Positions 55,089 through 64,000 of a stretch of 64,000 nt of DNA are shown here, piece by piece. The position numbers and the translations under genes are program-made. The DNA lies in NCBI GenBank assembly GCA_963766715.1, contig CAVYBH010000001.1, forward strand, positions 160,001 through 224,000, in the 5' to 3' direction. The notes under the pieces were generated by a model that worked only from the letters and a program-made list of their open reading frames with translations, did no database searches and was not told where the DNA came from. Each line of letters begins with the position of its first letter. The stretch's first letter is position 1. Source of the stretch: an uncultured delta proteobacterium. GTDB taxonomy: Bacteria > Myxococcota > Myxococcia > Myxococcales > Anaeromyxobacteraceae.

Positions 55089-56111
55089 TTCGCCTCCAGG
55101 TCGCCGAACCCGAGCAGCTTCCGGGCGTTGCCCTGGAAGATCTGGCCGAGCGCGTCGCGGGGCAGCCCGAGCCCCTGGATCAGGGGATCTCCCGCCACCG
55201 GCGTGGGGGTGGGGATGGCCGGATCGCGGGTCTCGAGGAAGCGCCAGGTGGAGTCGAAGAAGCGCCGGAGCTGGTCGAGCGAGCGGATGGGCGGGCCGGA
55301 GCCGATCACCAGCGCGCGCTGCTCCGGCTTCGGCCCCTGCAGCCAGAGCAGGTCGGTGCCGAAGAGCACGCGGTCGGCGTGGGTCACGAGAAGCTCGCGG
55401 GCGCGCTCCGGGTGGGCCGAGCAGCGCGACGAGCGCCCCCGCCGTGTCGACGTGGAGGTTGGGCAGCCGGCCGAGGAGCGGCCGACAGAGCGTCCAGGTC
55501 CCCGCCCAGGCCGGCGAGGTGGAGCGCGACGAAGGGGATCCCCGGGCGCCGCTCGAGGAGCCGGGTGAGCTGGGCGGTTCCCTCCGGCGTCTCGCCCCGG
55601 TGGAGGGCGACCGGGATCCCGAGTCCCCCGGTGGTCTCCCAGATCGGGTCGAGGGCGGGCGAGTCGAGCGCCACCGGGAAGCCGCCCGGGCCCGCCAGGT
55701 CGGCCGGCACGTGCAGCCCGCGGGCGCCCAGCGCGCGCCCGGTCACCAGCCGGGCCACCTCCCGGTCGGCCCAGCCGGCGCTGCAGCAGCCCGCGCCATC
55801 CAGGCTCATGAAGACGAGCACCCGGCCGGGGAAGCGGTTCGCGGCCTCGACCTGCCGCTCCAGCCCGGCGCCGGCCTGGCCGCCGCCCAGGTTCACGATG
55901 CCCAGGATGCCCTGGCTCGAGGCGACGTTCACCGCCACGCCCAGCACGTCGGGGTCGATCTGCTCGTGGAAGTCGACCTTCCAGATCCCAGGCCGTGGTA
56001 CCCGGCGAAGCCCCGCGTGTGCGACTCGAGCGCGGTGGCGGTGACGAGCGCCACGGCGAGCAGCGAGAGGGCGAGCGCCGTGATGGCGATCCAGGCGCGG
56101 CGCGGGGTCAT
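55085..56111 (-). CDS. Amidohydrolase-superfamily protein with N-terminal signal/TM segment (frameshifted)
   Basis: MTPRRAWIAITALALSLLAVAL; KVDFHEQ, LDPIWE...IPVALH, FVALH, NLHVDT, DRVLFGTD, IFQGNARKLL. Confidence 0.7.
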
Positions 56112-56145
56112 GCGGGCATCCTATCGGGCGGCGGGCGGCGGCACC

Positions 56146-57165
56146 TCATGCGCTTCGATCCGTCCGGCGCAGCAGCCAGAGGAAGAGCGGGCCGCCGAGC
56201 AGCGCGGTGAGCGCGCCCACCGGGGGCTCGGAGCCGAGCGGCAGGAAGGCCAGCCGGGCGGCCGCGTCGGCCAGCACCAGGAAGGCGGCGCCGAAGAGGG
56301 CCGAGGCCGGGAGCAGGATCCGGTGGTCCGGGCCGAAGAGGCGCCGGAGCAGGTGGGGCACGATGAGCCCGACGAAGCCGACCAGGCCGGCCAGCGCCAC
56401 CGCCGCGCCGGTGGCCAGGCTCGCGGCCAGGAAGACCAGCCCGCGGGAGCGTCCCACCTCGACGCCGAGGGAGGCGGCCTCGTCGTCGCCGAGCGAGAGC
56501 AGGTTGAGCTGCGCCGAGAGCGCCACCAGCACCGCCACCGCGACGCCGAGCAGGACCGCGCCGGCGACCAGCGTCCCGGGGTCGGCGTAGCCCACCGCCC
56601 CCATGAGCCAGTAGAGCAGCCGGGCCGCGTCCTCCGGCGGGACCATCACCTTCACGACCGTGATGACGCCGGCGGCGAAGGCGTTGAAGACCACGCCCAC
56701 GAGCAGCGCCGCCTCCGGCACCAGCTTCCCCCCGATGCGCCCCAGCGCGAAGACGAGCGCGGTGGAGGCGGCCGCGCCCACCGAGGCGCCCAGCGCCACC
56801 GACGTGCCCGAGCTGGCGAGCGATCCCAGCAGCGTGGCCGGCCCGATCACCGCGGACGCGGCCAGCGCCGCGGTTCCGCCCAGCGCGGCGCCGCCGGAGA
56901 CGCCCAGCACGAAGGGCTCGGCGAGCGGGTTGCGCAGCAGCGCCTGCAGGGCCACGCCGGCGGTGGCGAGCCCGGCCCCCACCATCGCCCCGAGCAGCAC
57001 CCGGGGCACGCGGAGGCCGAAGAGGATGGCGGCGTCGGGCTCCACGCCGGACAGGGCGGCGGAGAGCGAGACGGGCTGCGGGCCGAGCAGGAGCGCTGCG
57101 GCGCAGGAGCCGGCCAGGACCACGAGCCCGGCGCCGAGCGCCACGGGGAGCCGGCGGAGGATCAC
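56146..57165 (-). CDS. btuC: BtuC/FecCD-family permease
   Basis: LRVPRV, QALLRNPLAEPFVLGVSGGA, LGDDEAASLG, GFVGLIVPH. Confidence 0.88.
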   Translation of the reverse strand: MILRRLPVALGAGLVVLAGSCAAALLLGPQPVSLSAALSGVEPDAAILFGLRVPRVLLGAMVGAGLATAGVALQALLRNPLAEPFVLGVSGGAALGGTAALAASAVIGPATLLGSLASSGTSVALGASVGAAASTALVFALGRIGGKLVPEAALLVGVVFNAFAAGVITVVKVMVPPEDAARLLYWLMGAVGYADPGTLVAGAVLLGVAVAVLVALSAQLNLLSLGDDEAASLGVEVGRSRGLVFLAASLATGAAVALAGLVGFVGLIVPHLLRRLFGPDHRILLPASALFGAAFLVLADAAARLAFLPLGSEPPVGALTALLGGPLFLWLLRRTDRSA

Positions 57166-58093
57166 CGGACGCCGCCCTCCGCCGGGCCGCCCGGGGGGGC
57201 CGGGTGGAGCGCCGACTGCAGCTGCAGGAGCGCCGCGGGGAGCTGGGGCCCGGGGCGCAGCACCCGGTCGTCGGGGAGCCGGACCACGCGTCCGGCCTTC
57301 ACGGCGGGGATGGCGGCGAGGCGCCGGATGGCGTCGGCCGGCTCGTTCACGGCGGCGTCGATGACGAGGTCGGGGTCGTCGGCCACGGCCCGCTCGAGCG
57401 AGTAGATGGGCCAGGGCCGCTCGCCCTTCACCACGTTCTCCCCGCCGGCGATGCGCAGGAGCGCGTCGGGGTAGCTGCCCGGGCCGGCCACCACGAGCGG
57501 GTCCCGCCCCACCACGAGGAGCGTCCGGCGGCGGGGCAGCGCGCCCGCCCGGGCCTCTGCGGTGCGGACCGCCGACTCGAGCTGGGCGGCCAGCCGGTCG
57601 CCCGCCGCGGCGTTGCCGAGCGCCGCCCCGATCTCGCGGGCCGCCCGGAGCACGTCCGGGACGCCGACGACCGGGAGCGCCAGCACCGGCACGCCCAGGT
57701 CGGCGATCCGCCGCACCGCCGGCAGCGCGCCGCCGTCGGCCAGCCAGAGCACGAGGTCCGGGCGCAGCCCCAGCACCGCCTCCGGGCTGGGGTCGAGGAA
57801 GCCGCCCACGCGCGGCAGCGACTTCACCTCGGGTGCGGTGTCGTAGCGGGTCACCCCGACGAGCCGTCCGGCCTCGCCCAGCGCGATGACGGTGTCGGTG
57901 AGGCTCGGCGCGAGCGAGATCACCCGGACCGGGCGGGGCGGGGCCTTCGGGCCGAGCCAGGCCGGCTCGCCGCGCGAGAGGGGGAGCTCGCCGCCGGCCC
58001 GGCCCGCGACGGGCAGGAAGGCCAGGAAGGCAGGAGGATCGCCAGGAGGGCGGCGGCCGCGGTCCGGCCGAGGTGGGCGGTCTTCCCGATCAT
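57162..58093 (-). CDS. btuF: BtuF-like periplasmic binding protein (frameshift near 58020)
   Basis: RVISLAPSLTD, LVGVTRY, PSPEAVLGLRPDLV, RPGPQL. Confidence 0.82.
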
Positions 58094-59387
58094 CTGCCGC
58101 AGGCGACGTCGGCCACGAAGCTGGAGCCGTTCAGGGAGGGGGCGCACACGAGCCCCTGGTCCGTGACGACCTTCGTGGCCGGGTCGAACCGGAACACATT
58201 GCCCGAGAACCGGTCGCCGACATAGGCCGTTCCGTTGCAGAAGGCGATCGCGCCGGGCGCGAAGGGCTTGGCCTGCGGGGTGGACAGGTCGAGCGCCGGG
58301 ACGGAGGCGCCCACCACCGGCACGGCCCCGGAGACGTTCACCGGGACGAAGGCGGCGCCGGTGATGTCGGAGGCGCTCGTGGCGGAGAACGGGAAGAAGC
58401 CGCACGTCACCCAGAGGGTCCCGTCCAGGATCGCGAGCCCGGCCGGGTCCAGGCAGGAGGCGCCCAGGTCCACCGGGTTCACTCCCGGGACGAGCGCGTC
58501 GGTGGCCGTGTCGATGACCGCCAGCCGGCCGTGTCCCGCCGGCGAGAAGCTCGAGTCCAGGTTCCAGAGGGTGACGTAGATCCGCGAGTCGACGGCCACG
58601 AGCCGCGAGGGCAGCGCGCTGGCGCCCGCGGCGGGGCCGGCCAGGGCCGAGAGGTCGATGGTCTTCGTGAGCCGCCGGGAGGCCAGGTCGACGACCGCGA
58701 CCCCGCTCGACCCGTTGAGGGCCACGTAGGCCTTGCTGCCCGAGAAGGCGATCCCCTGGGGGAAGGCGAAGGAGCCGAGCTGCACCTCGTCGACGATGGG
58801 CAGCGCCGCCGCCGGGTCCACGATCACGAGCGAGCTCACGGCGGCGTTCGAGGCGTACAGGAGGCCGTTCCACTCGGCGAGGAACTCCAGGTCGGAGAAG
58901 TTCCCGCTCACCGGGATGCTCACGGTGGGGAGCGGCCCGTCGGCGGTGAGGCCGGCCGGGGAGACGCCCAGCCGGTCGAGCGTGTTGCTGATGGAGTTCG
59001 CGACCCAGAGGGACGATCCGCGCCAGGCGAGCGAGATCGGGCCCGACTCCACCGCCACCGGGGCGCCCACCGGGACCACCGCCGCGGTGGCTCCCTGGAT
59101 CTCGCTCCCGTTGAAGCAGGCGGCGTAGACCGCGGGCGGACACTGGCTGCCCTGGCAGCAGAGCCCCGCCGAGCAGCTCTCGCCCGATCCGCAGGCCCGG
59201 CCGCAGGCGCCGCAGTTGGCGGGGTCGGCGGCGAGCGTGACGCACTGGCCGCCGCAGGTCACCTGGGCGGTGGTGCAGACCACCTCGGTCTTGCAGGCGC
59301 TGGCGGCGAGGGCGACGAGGAGGACGGCGGCGAGGCGGCGGCCGGGCGGGCAGCGGCGAGGCGGGCAGCGGCGAGGCGGGGGATCAT
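58090..59387 (-). CDS. Lipoprotein with Cys-rich N-terminal module and YncE-like beta-propeller (frameshift in signal region)
   Basis: Lipobox-like LAASAC; CGGQCV...DPANCGACGRACGSGESC; blades LWVANS, LYASN, PQGIAF..KAYVAL, IYVTL, LWVTC. Confidence 0.75.
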
Positions 59388-59391
59388 GGCG

Positions 59392-61313
59392 TCAGTTCTC
59401 CGGGGAGGACCCGACCCTCAGCGTGACGAGGAGGGTGCGGGAGGGAAGGGGATAACCGAAGCCGTCCTGCAAGGTCCGGTCGTCGAGGAGGTTCTTCACC
59501 TCCACGCCGATGCGGATCTCCGGGCTCCGGAGGATGCGGGCGAAGGCCCCGGCGTTCACCACCAGGCTGGCTGGGACCGAGTGGAGGTTGCGGGCGTCGA
59601 GGTACTGGAGGCCGACGTACTGGGCCTCGAGGTGGCCGCCGGCCGGGCCCGGGTCGACCGACACGCGGGCGAAGGCCCGGTTGCGGGGGCGCTGGGGGAG
59701 CTCCATGCCCACCACGCCCGGCACGCCGCGCAGCTCCTTCGTGGCCAGGAACGTGTACGAGACCTGCCCCTGGAGGTTCCAGAGGTCCTTGGCCGCGGCC
59801 GAGACGAGCTCCACCTCGGCGCCGGCCGCCGACGCCCGCGAGGCGTTCTGCGGCTTGAAGCTCCCGGGCACCCGGCCGGTCACGTACACGATGAGGTCGT
59901 CGTAGAGGGTGCCGAAGCCGCCCAGGCTGGCCCGGCCCAGCGGCCCGTCGTAGACGACCGCGCCGTCCACGCTCCAGGCCACCTCGGGGCGGAGGTCGGG
60001 GTTGGGCTCGAAGGGGCCCTGCACGAGGTAGAGCTCGGAGAAGCTGGGCGGGCGGAAGGATCGTCCGCCGCTCAGGCGCACCGACCAGGGGCCGTCGATG
60101 CGGGCGCTGGCGCCGAGCTTGCCCGACCACCCCACGAAGGAGCCCACCCCGTCGACGCGCAGCGCCGGCGAGATGCGGGCCTGGTCCTTCCCGATGGTGA
60201 AGTCGTCGGCGGCCCAGGCGGCCAGCGTGGGGCGCTGGTGGTCGCCGCTGGCCGTCGAGTCGAGCCGCTCGTAGGAGGCGAGCACGCCGGCGGTGAGCTG
60301 GCTCGGGCCGGCCTCCCAGGTGACCCGCGCGTCGCCCCCGCCCGACAGGTCCACCTGGTCGGTCGCTCCCGCGCCGCCCGGGGGGGCGATCCACACGTCG
60401 AGGCTCTCGCGCCCGTCCGGCCGCGCCGACCTGGAAGGTGAGGCCGGAGCCGGCCAGGTGCGACCAGCGCACCGCGCCCGGACGCCCGGCCGCCCCGCTG
60501 CCAGTCGAGCGGCGTGGGGCTCGCGGGGACGCCCGGCAGCTGCCGCCAGCCCCAGGAGAGCTGGAGGACCCCGTCCAGGCGGTCGGGACCGGGCGTGTAC
60601 CGGCCCTTCAGGAGGAGCCCGCCCTGCGCGGCGGCGTCGTTCTGCCGGATCTGCTGCACGAGCGGGCTGCCCGGGACCGACGGGTCGACCGGGGTGAGGA
60701 AGGGGAAGTCGCCGGCGGTCGAGCTGGCGGTGAGCGCGCCGACGAGCGCCCAGTGGTCGCCGCCGACGCCCACGTCGGCGACGGCGGACGCGGTCCCGAA
60801 GGAGCCGCCGGTGATCTCCGCGCCCCACTTCCCGTCCACCGCCGGCAGCGTGACCACGTTCACCGCGCCGCCCAGCGCGCCGGCGCCGTAGTAGGCCCCC
60901 TCGGCGCCCCGCACCACCTCCACCCGGTCCACCCAGTGCAGCGGGATGGACGAGAGGTCCACGCCGCCGCCGGCGGCCGTGTCGAGAGGGATGCCGTCGA
61001 GGAGGATGAGCACGCCGCCCGAGGTCGAGCCCCGGATGGAGAGGGTGGAGAGCTGCCCCAGGCCGCCGTAGCCGCGGATGGCGACGCCGGGCGCGGTGGC
61101 GGCCAGCTCGGCGACGCCCTTCAGCTCGCCGGCGAACCGGGCGGCCTCGACCACCGTGGCGGACGCGGTGGGGTCCTGCGGGGCGGGGGCCCGCGGCAAG
61201 GGGACCACCACCTCCTCGAGGAGGACGGGAGGGGGAGCGTCGGCGCCCAGGGCCATCCGGCCCCATGTCACGGCGAGTGCAATGAGCACCCGGCGCGCGT
61301 CGATCTGTCGCAT
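59392..61313 (-). CDS. btuB: TonB-dependent receptor, BtuB-like (frameshifts near 60420-60480)
   Basis: TonB-box-like EEVVV, plug LSIRGS...LLDGIPL...RVEVVRG...GALGGAVNV, NPDLRPE, KNLLD...GYPLPSRT; follows cobalamin riboswitch. Confidence 0.85.
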
Positions 61314-61376
61314 CGTCCTGCGCGTCTCCTTCGGACGCGGGAACGTCGGCCGCGAGAGATTCGCGGCCAGGCCCGA

Positions 61377-61560
61377 GGGGAGGTCTCCTGGCTTCCAAGG
61401 GACGGCTCGAGGCCGTCAGCGCCTGCCACCTTCCCGCCGCGCGTGCGCGACAGTGGTGACGAACCGCAGGCACCTGCTCCCTGGCTACAGTGGCGGGACC
61501 GCGCCGGACTTCGACCGGCTTCCCTGATCCCCCGGGCGGGGATGTCCCGCGGTGGTAGCC
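61377..61560 (-). ncRNA. Cobalamin riboswitch
   Basis: Minus strand: AGGGAAGCCGGTCGAAGTCCGGCGCGGTCCCGCCACTGT...CCACTG...GGGAAGG...B12 box AGCCAGGAGACCT. Confidence 0.93.
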
Positions 61561-61838
61561 CCTGGACACGGGGGTGTCAAGGACGGCCCGGAGTGGCCGG
61601 GGAACCCGCGCGCGCCACCGGTCCGGCGCCTTCCGGGCGTCGCTCAGGCGCCTTCCGGCCCGGTTCGGGCGTCCATCGGCCGTCCGTGGCCTTCGCCCCG
61701 GCCGGGTGGGTCCGGGAGGTTCCCGGCGGGGGGCCCCGGCCTTTCACTTGCTTCGGGGCTCGCATCTACCTAGGTCTCCCGCCACGCTTCGATAGGCAAG
61801 GCGGAGCGAAGGTTCGCGATGTCGTAGGCAGGAAAACG

Positions 61839-61854
61839 TGGCAGGTAGCTCGCA
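61839..61854 (+). promoter_or_regulatory. Possible sigma54 promoter of the DUF4397-like lipoprotein
   Basis: TGGCAGGTAGCTCGCA (GG-N10-GC) in an AT-richer intergenic stretch. Confidence 0.35.
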
Positions 61855-61910
61855 TTTTATTCGACGCAACGGCGTCGCGCGCTGCCGCCCTTGAATTCAC
61901 TGGAGGTTTC

Positions 61911-62814
61911 ATGCGCAGGATCGCTCTTCTCACGGCCGTCGCCGTCCTCGCCGCCTGCGGCGGCAGCAGCACCACCACGGGCACCGGCTACCTTCGGGTG
62001 GCGAACCTCTCGCCCGACCTGGGCGCCCTCGACTTCTGCGTGTTCCCCAGCGGCGGAGCCGTCGGGAGCCCGGTGATGGCATCGGTCAGCAATAACCTCG
62101 GGGCCGCCGGCCTGGTCGCCGCCAGCGACGCCACCGACCTGTCCGAGGGCGGGTTCGCCGTCTCCCGGTACTTCGCGTACACGGAGGGGACGTACGACGT
62201 GGTCGTCTACCAGAAGGGCCTGCTCGGCGCGAGCTGCGCGAATCCGCTCCTCACCGTGAGCAACGTCTCGCTCGGCGCCAACGCCTACAAGCTCATCGCG
62301 GCCGTCGGCATGACGGGCGCCACCGGGGCCGCCCACGCGCTCGTGACCTTCACCGACGAGAAGACGGTCAGCGCCTCCAACGTCCTCATCCGCTTCGTCA
62401 ACGCCGGCATCCTCGCGCTGCCCGGCGCGGCGCCCGTCCCGCTGCCGGCGATCGACGTCGGCGTCACCACCGCCTCGGCCGGCTACCAGGTCCTCTTCAC
62501 GCAACATCGCCTATCCCGGCAAGGCCGCCGCGGTCACTCCCGTCGACGCGAACGGCTACGCCGACGTCGCGGCCGCCAGCTTCTCCGGCGCCGTCAGTCT
62601 GACCGTGTGCCCGGCCGGCCTGACCCCGGCGTCGCTGCAGTGCCAGAACACGGCCATCGCCTCCGGCGTGATCACCGGCGGCGTCGTCGCCAGCGCCTAC
62701 GTCATCGGCCTGGCCGGCGTCCCGCCCAATGCGCTGCTCTGCGGCGACAACACGACCATCCCGCCCATCGGCGGCGTGACCTGGCCGTACTCGGCCTGCA
62801 CCGTCAATCCGTAG
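61911..62814 (+). CDS. DUF4397-like lipoprotein (frameshift near 62500)
   Basis: GGAGG RBS; MRRIALLTAVAVLAAC lipobox; YLRVANLSPDLGALDFC and IRFVNA repeats. Confidence 0.7.
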
Positions 62815-62830
62815 GACGCTTCGCGAACCC

Positions 62831-62862
62831 AGGCCCGGCGAGCGCTCGCTCGCCGGGCCTTT
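62831..62862 (+). terminator. Intrinsic (possibly bidirectional) terminator
   Basis: AGGCCCGGCGAGCG-CT-CGCTCGCCGGGCCT then TT, between convergent genes. Confidence 0.75.
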
Positions 62863-62871
62863 CCTTGTCCG

Positions 62872-63222
62872 CTAGCCGCCCTTGGCCGTCCGGGCCGGCT
62901 CGGCGGGCCGCGCCGGCGCCGGCGCCTCCCCGACGGTCAGCACCCCCTTCATCTTCGAGAACCAGGCGGGGCTCATCCCCTTCACGCGCAGGATCTCGTC
63001 CGCCTTCTTGAAGGGGCGCTTGTCCCGCGCGGCCACGATGGCCTCGGCGCGCTTCTTCCCGACGCCGGGCAGGCGCATCAGCTCGGCGGCGGTGGCGGAG
63101 TTGAGGTCCACCCGCTCACCCGGGGAGAGGGGCTTCTTCTGGGCCTCGGCGGGCAGGGCCACGAGGAGGGCCAGCAGGGCGAGCAGCCCGAGCAGCGGCG
63201 AATGGCCGCGAGCCGGGCTCAC
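62872..63222 (-). CDS. comEA: ComEA-family helix-hairpin-helix DNA receptor
   Basis: Signal peptide, RVDLNSATAAELMRLPGVGKKRAEAIV...FKKADEILRVKGM. Confidence 0.9.
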   Translation of the reverse strand: MSPARGHSPLLGLLALLALLVALPAEAQKKPLSPGERVDLNSATAAELMRLPGVGKKRAEAIVAARDKRPFKKADEILRVKGMSPAWFSKMKGVLTVGEAPAPARPAEPARTAKGG

Positions 63223-63482
63223 GTGCGCGCCTCCTCCGCGGACGGGGCGTGGCCGCCCTTGCCGTTGCCGGCCTGGGCGTCCTCCGGGAAGCGCTGCTCG
63301 CGGATCTGCAGCCGGTTGGTGCTCGCCGGGAAGGCGTCGAGCACCACCGTGAGGCTGCCGTCCCGGTTGGTGAATGCGGCCCCCACCTTCATCCAGTAGG
63401 GCTTTCCTCCGTCCTTGCGGTCGAGGACCGCGAAGACGGAGAGGGGCTTGCGGCCGGTGGGGCCGCCGTTCGAGTCGGTCAT
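63219..63482 (-). CDS. Small uncharacterised beta-rich protein coupled to comEA
   Basis: AAGGGAG RBS; KPYWMKVGAAFTNRDGSLTVVLDAFP; stop overlaps the comEA GTG. Confidence 0.75.
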   Translation of the reverse strand: MTDSNGGPTGRKPLSVFAVLDRKDGGKPYWMKVGAAFTNRDGSLTVVLDAFPASTNRLQIREQRFPEDAQAGNGKGGHAPSAEEART

Positions 63483-63521
63483 GGTCGGTTCTCCCTTGCT
63501 GCGGGTTCACCGAGCCGGGAG

Positions 63522-63536
63522 AGCAACGCGCGTGCC
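63522..63536 (-). promoter_or_regulatory. Sigma54 (-24/-12) promoter of orf87-comEA
   Basis: Minus strand GGCACGCGCGTTGCT, exact match to GGCACG-N4-TTGCW, about 40 bp upstream of the ATG. Confidence 0.75.
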
Positions 63537-63635
63537 CGCGCCGAGGCCGCGATCGCGGCCGGGCGATCCCCGTCGCAGGTCCGGGAGGCGGACCGCGGTT
63601 CGGAGGACGGCCGGCCGGGCCGCCTGACCGCCGGG

Positions 63636-63954
63636 CTAGTTCGCGCCGGGGAGGCGCGCGAAATGGGGCGACGGCGTGGCGTCCACCGTTCCGAAGATCG
63701 ACTCGTAGCGGGTCAGGTTCTCCTGCATCGCGATGAGCAGCCGCTTCATGTGGCGGGGCGTCAGGATGGCCCGGGCGCGGACGGTGGCCTTGGGCGCCTC
63801 GGGGTGCAGGTAGAGCAGGTCGAGCGTGAACTCGCTGTCGGTGTGGTTCACCATGGCGAAGTTGACGAAGACGCCGTTGGCGGTGGCGGGGTCGATCTCG
63901 ATCTGGACCTGGACCTGCTGGGAGCGCGGGCGGCGTGGCGGGCTTGTCGGACAT
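63636..63954 (-). CDS. DUF3467-like protein (frameshift near 63930)
   Basis: VQIEIDPATANGVFVNFAMVNHTDSEFTLD...RAILTPRHMKRLLIAMQENLTRYESIFG. Confidence 0.75.
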
Positions 63955-64000
63955 GGCGGGAGCGTACCTCGGAAAGGCCGGTGCGGGGCGTCCGGCCCCC

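Noticed and set aside
59346..59380. 15-bp tandem duplication (GCGGGCAGCGGCGAG x2) in the lipoprotein signal region as a phase-variation switch
   Set aside because: The unit is a multiple of 3 so it cannot toggle frame; only two copies

Overview
Very GC-rich bacterial chromosomal window, most likely Myxococcota (Anaeromyxobacter-like). This placement is inferred from mglB-mglA, a Ser/Thr kinase-TPR/PEGA pair, DUF4388, an Ehr cluster and a eukaryote-type citrate synthase. Content is mostly core: TCA genes (gltA, acnA), NAD salvage (pncB-pncA, cinA), a Ni-site-less hydrogenase-4-like Ehr complex headed by an HTH-PTS-IIA regulator, an FHA-GAF adenylate cyclase divergent from a kinase/TPR pair, truD/tadA/two tRNA-Ser/SRP RNA/dnaX-ybaB-recR/mglBA, comM-recA, phospholipid genes, nth, def, priA, galU, a cobalamin-riboswitch-led B12 uptake operon, and comEA. 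More than 20 genes, including housekeeping ones, carry frame changes, most likely long-read indel errors, so their coordinates are approximate. I saw no CRISPR array, transposase or prophage. Best leads: (1) sigma54-type promoters in front of both comM-recA and an uncharacterised 87-aa gene coupled to comEA, a candidate competence regulon with an unknown component; (2) an exported, degenerate amidohydrolase and a Cys-rich beta-propeller lipoprotein inside the B12 operon; (3) the Ehr complex of unknown function with its PTS-type regulator; (4) a perfect 24-bp palindrome upstream of an ABC exporter. All family calls come from motif recognition, not database searches.
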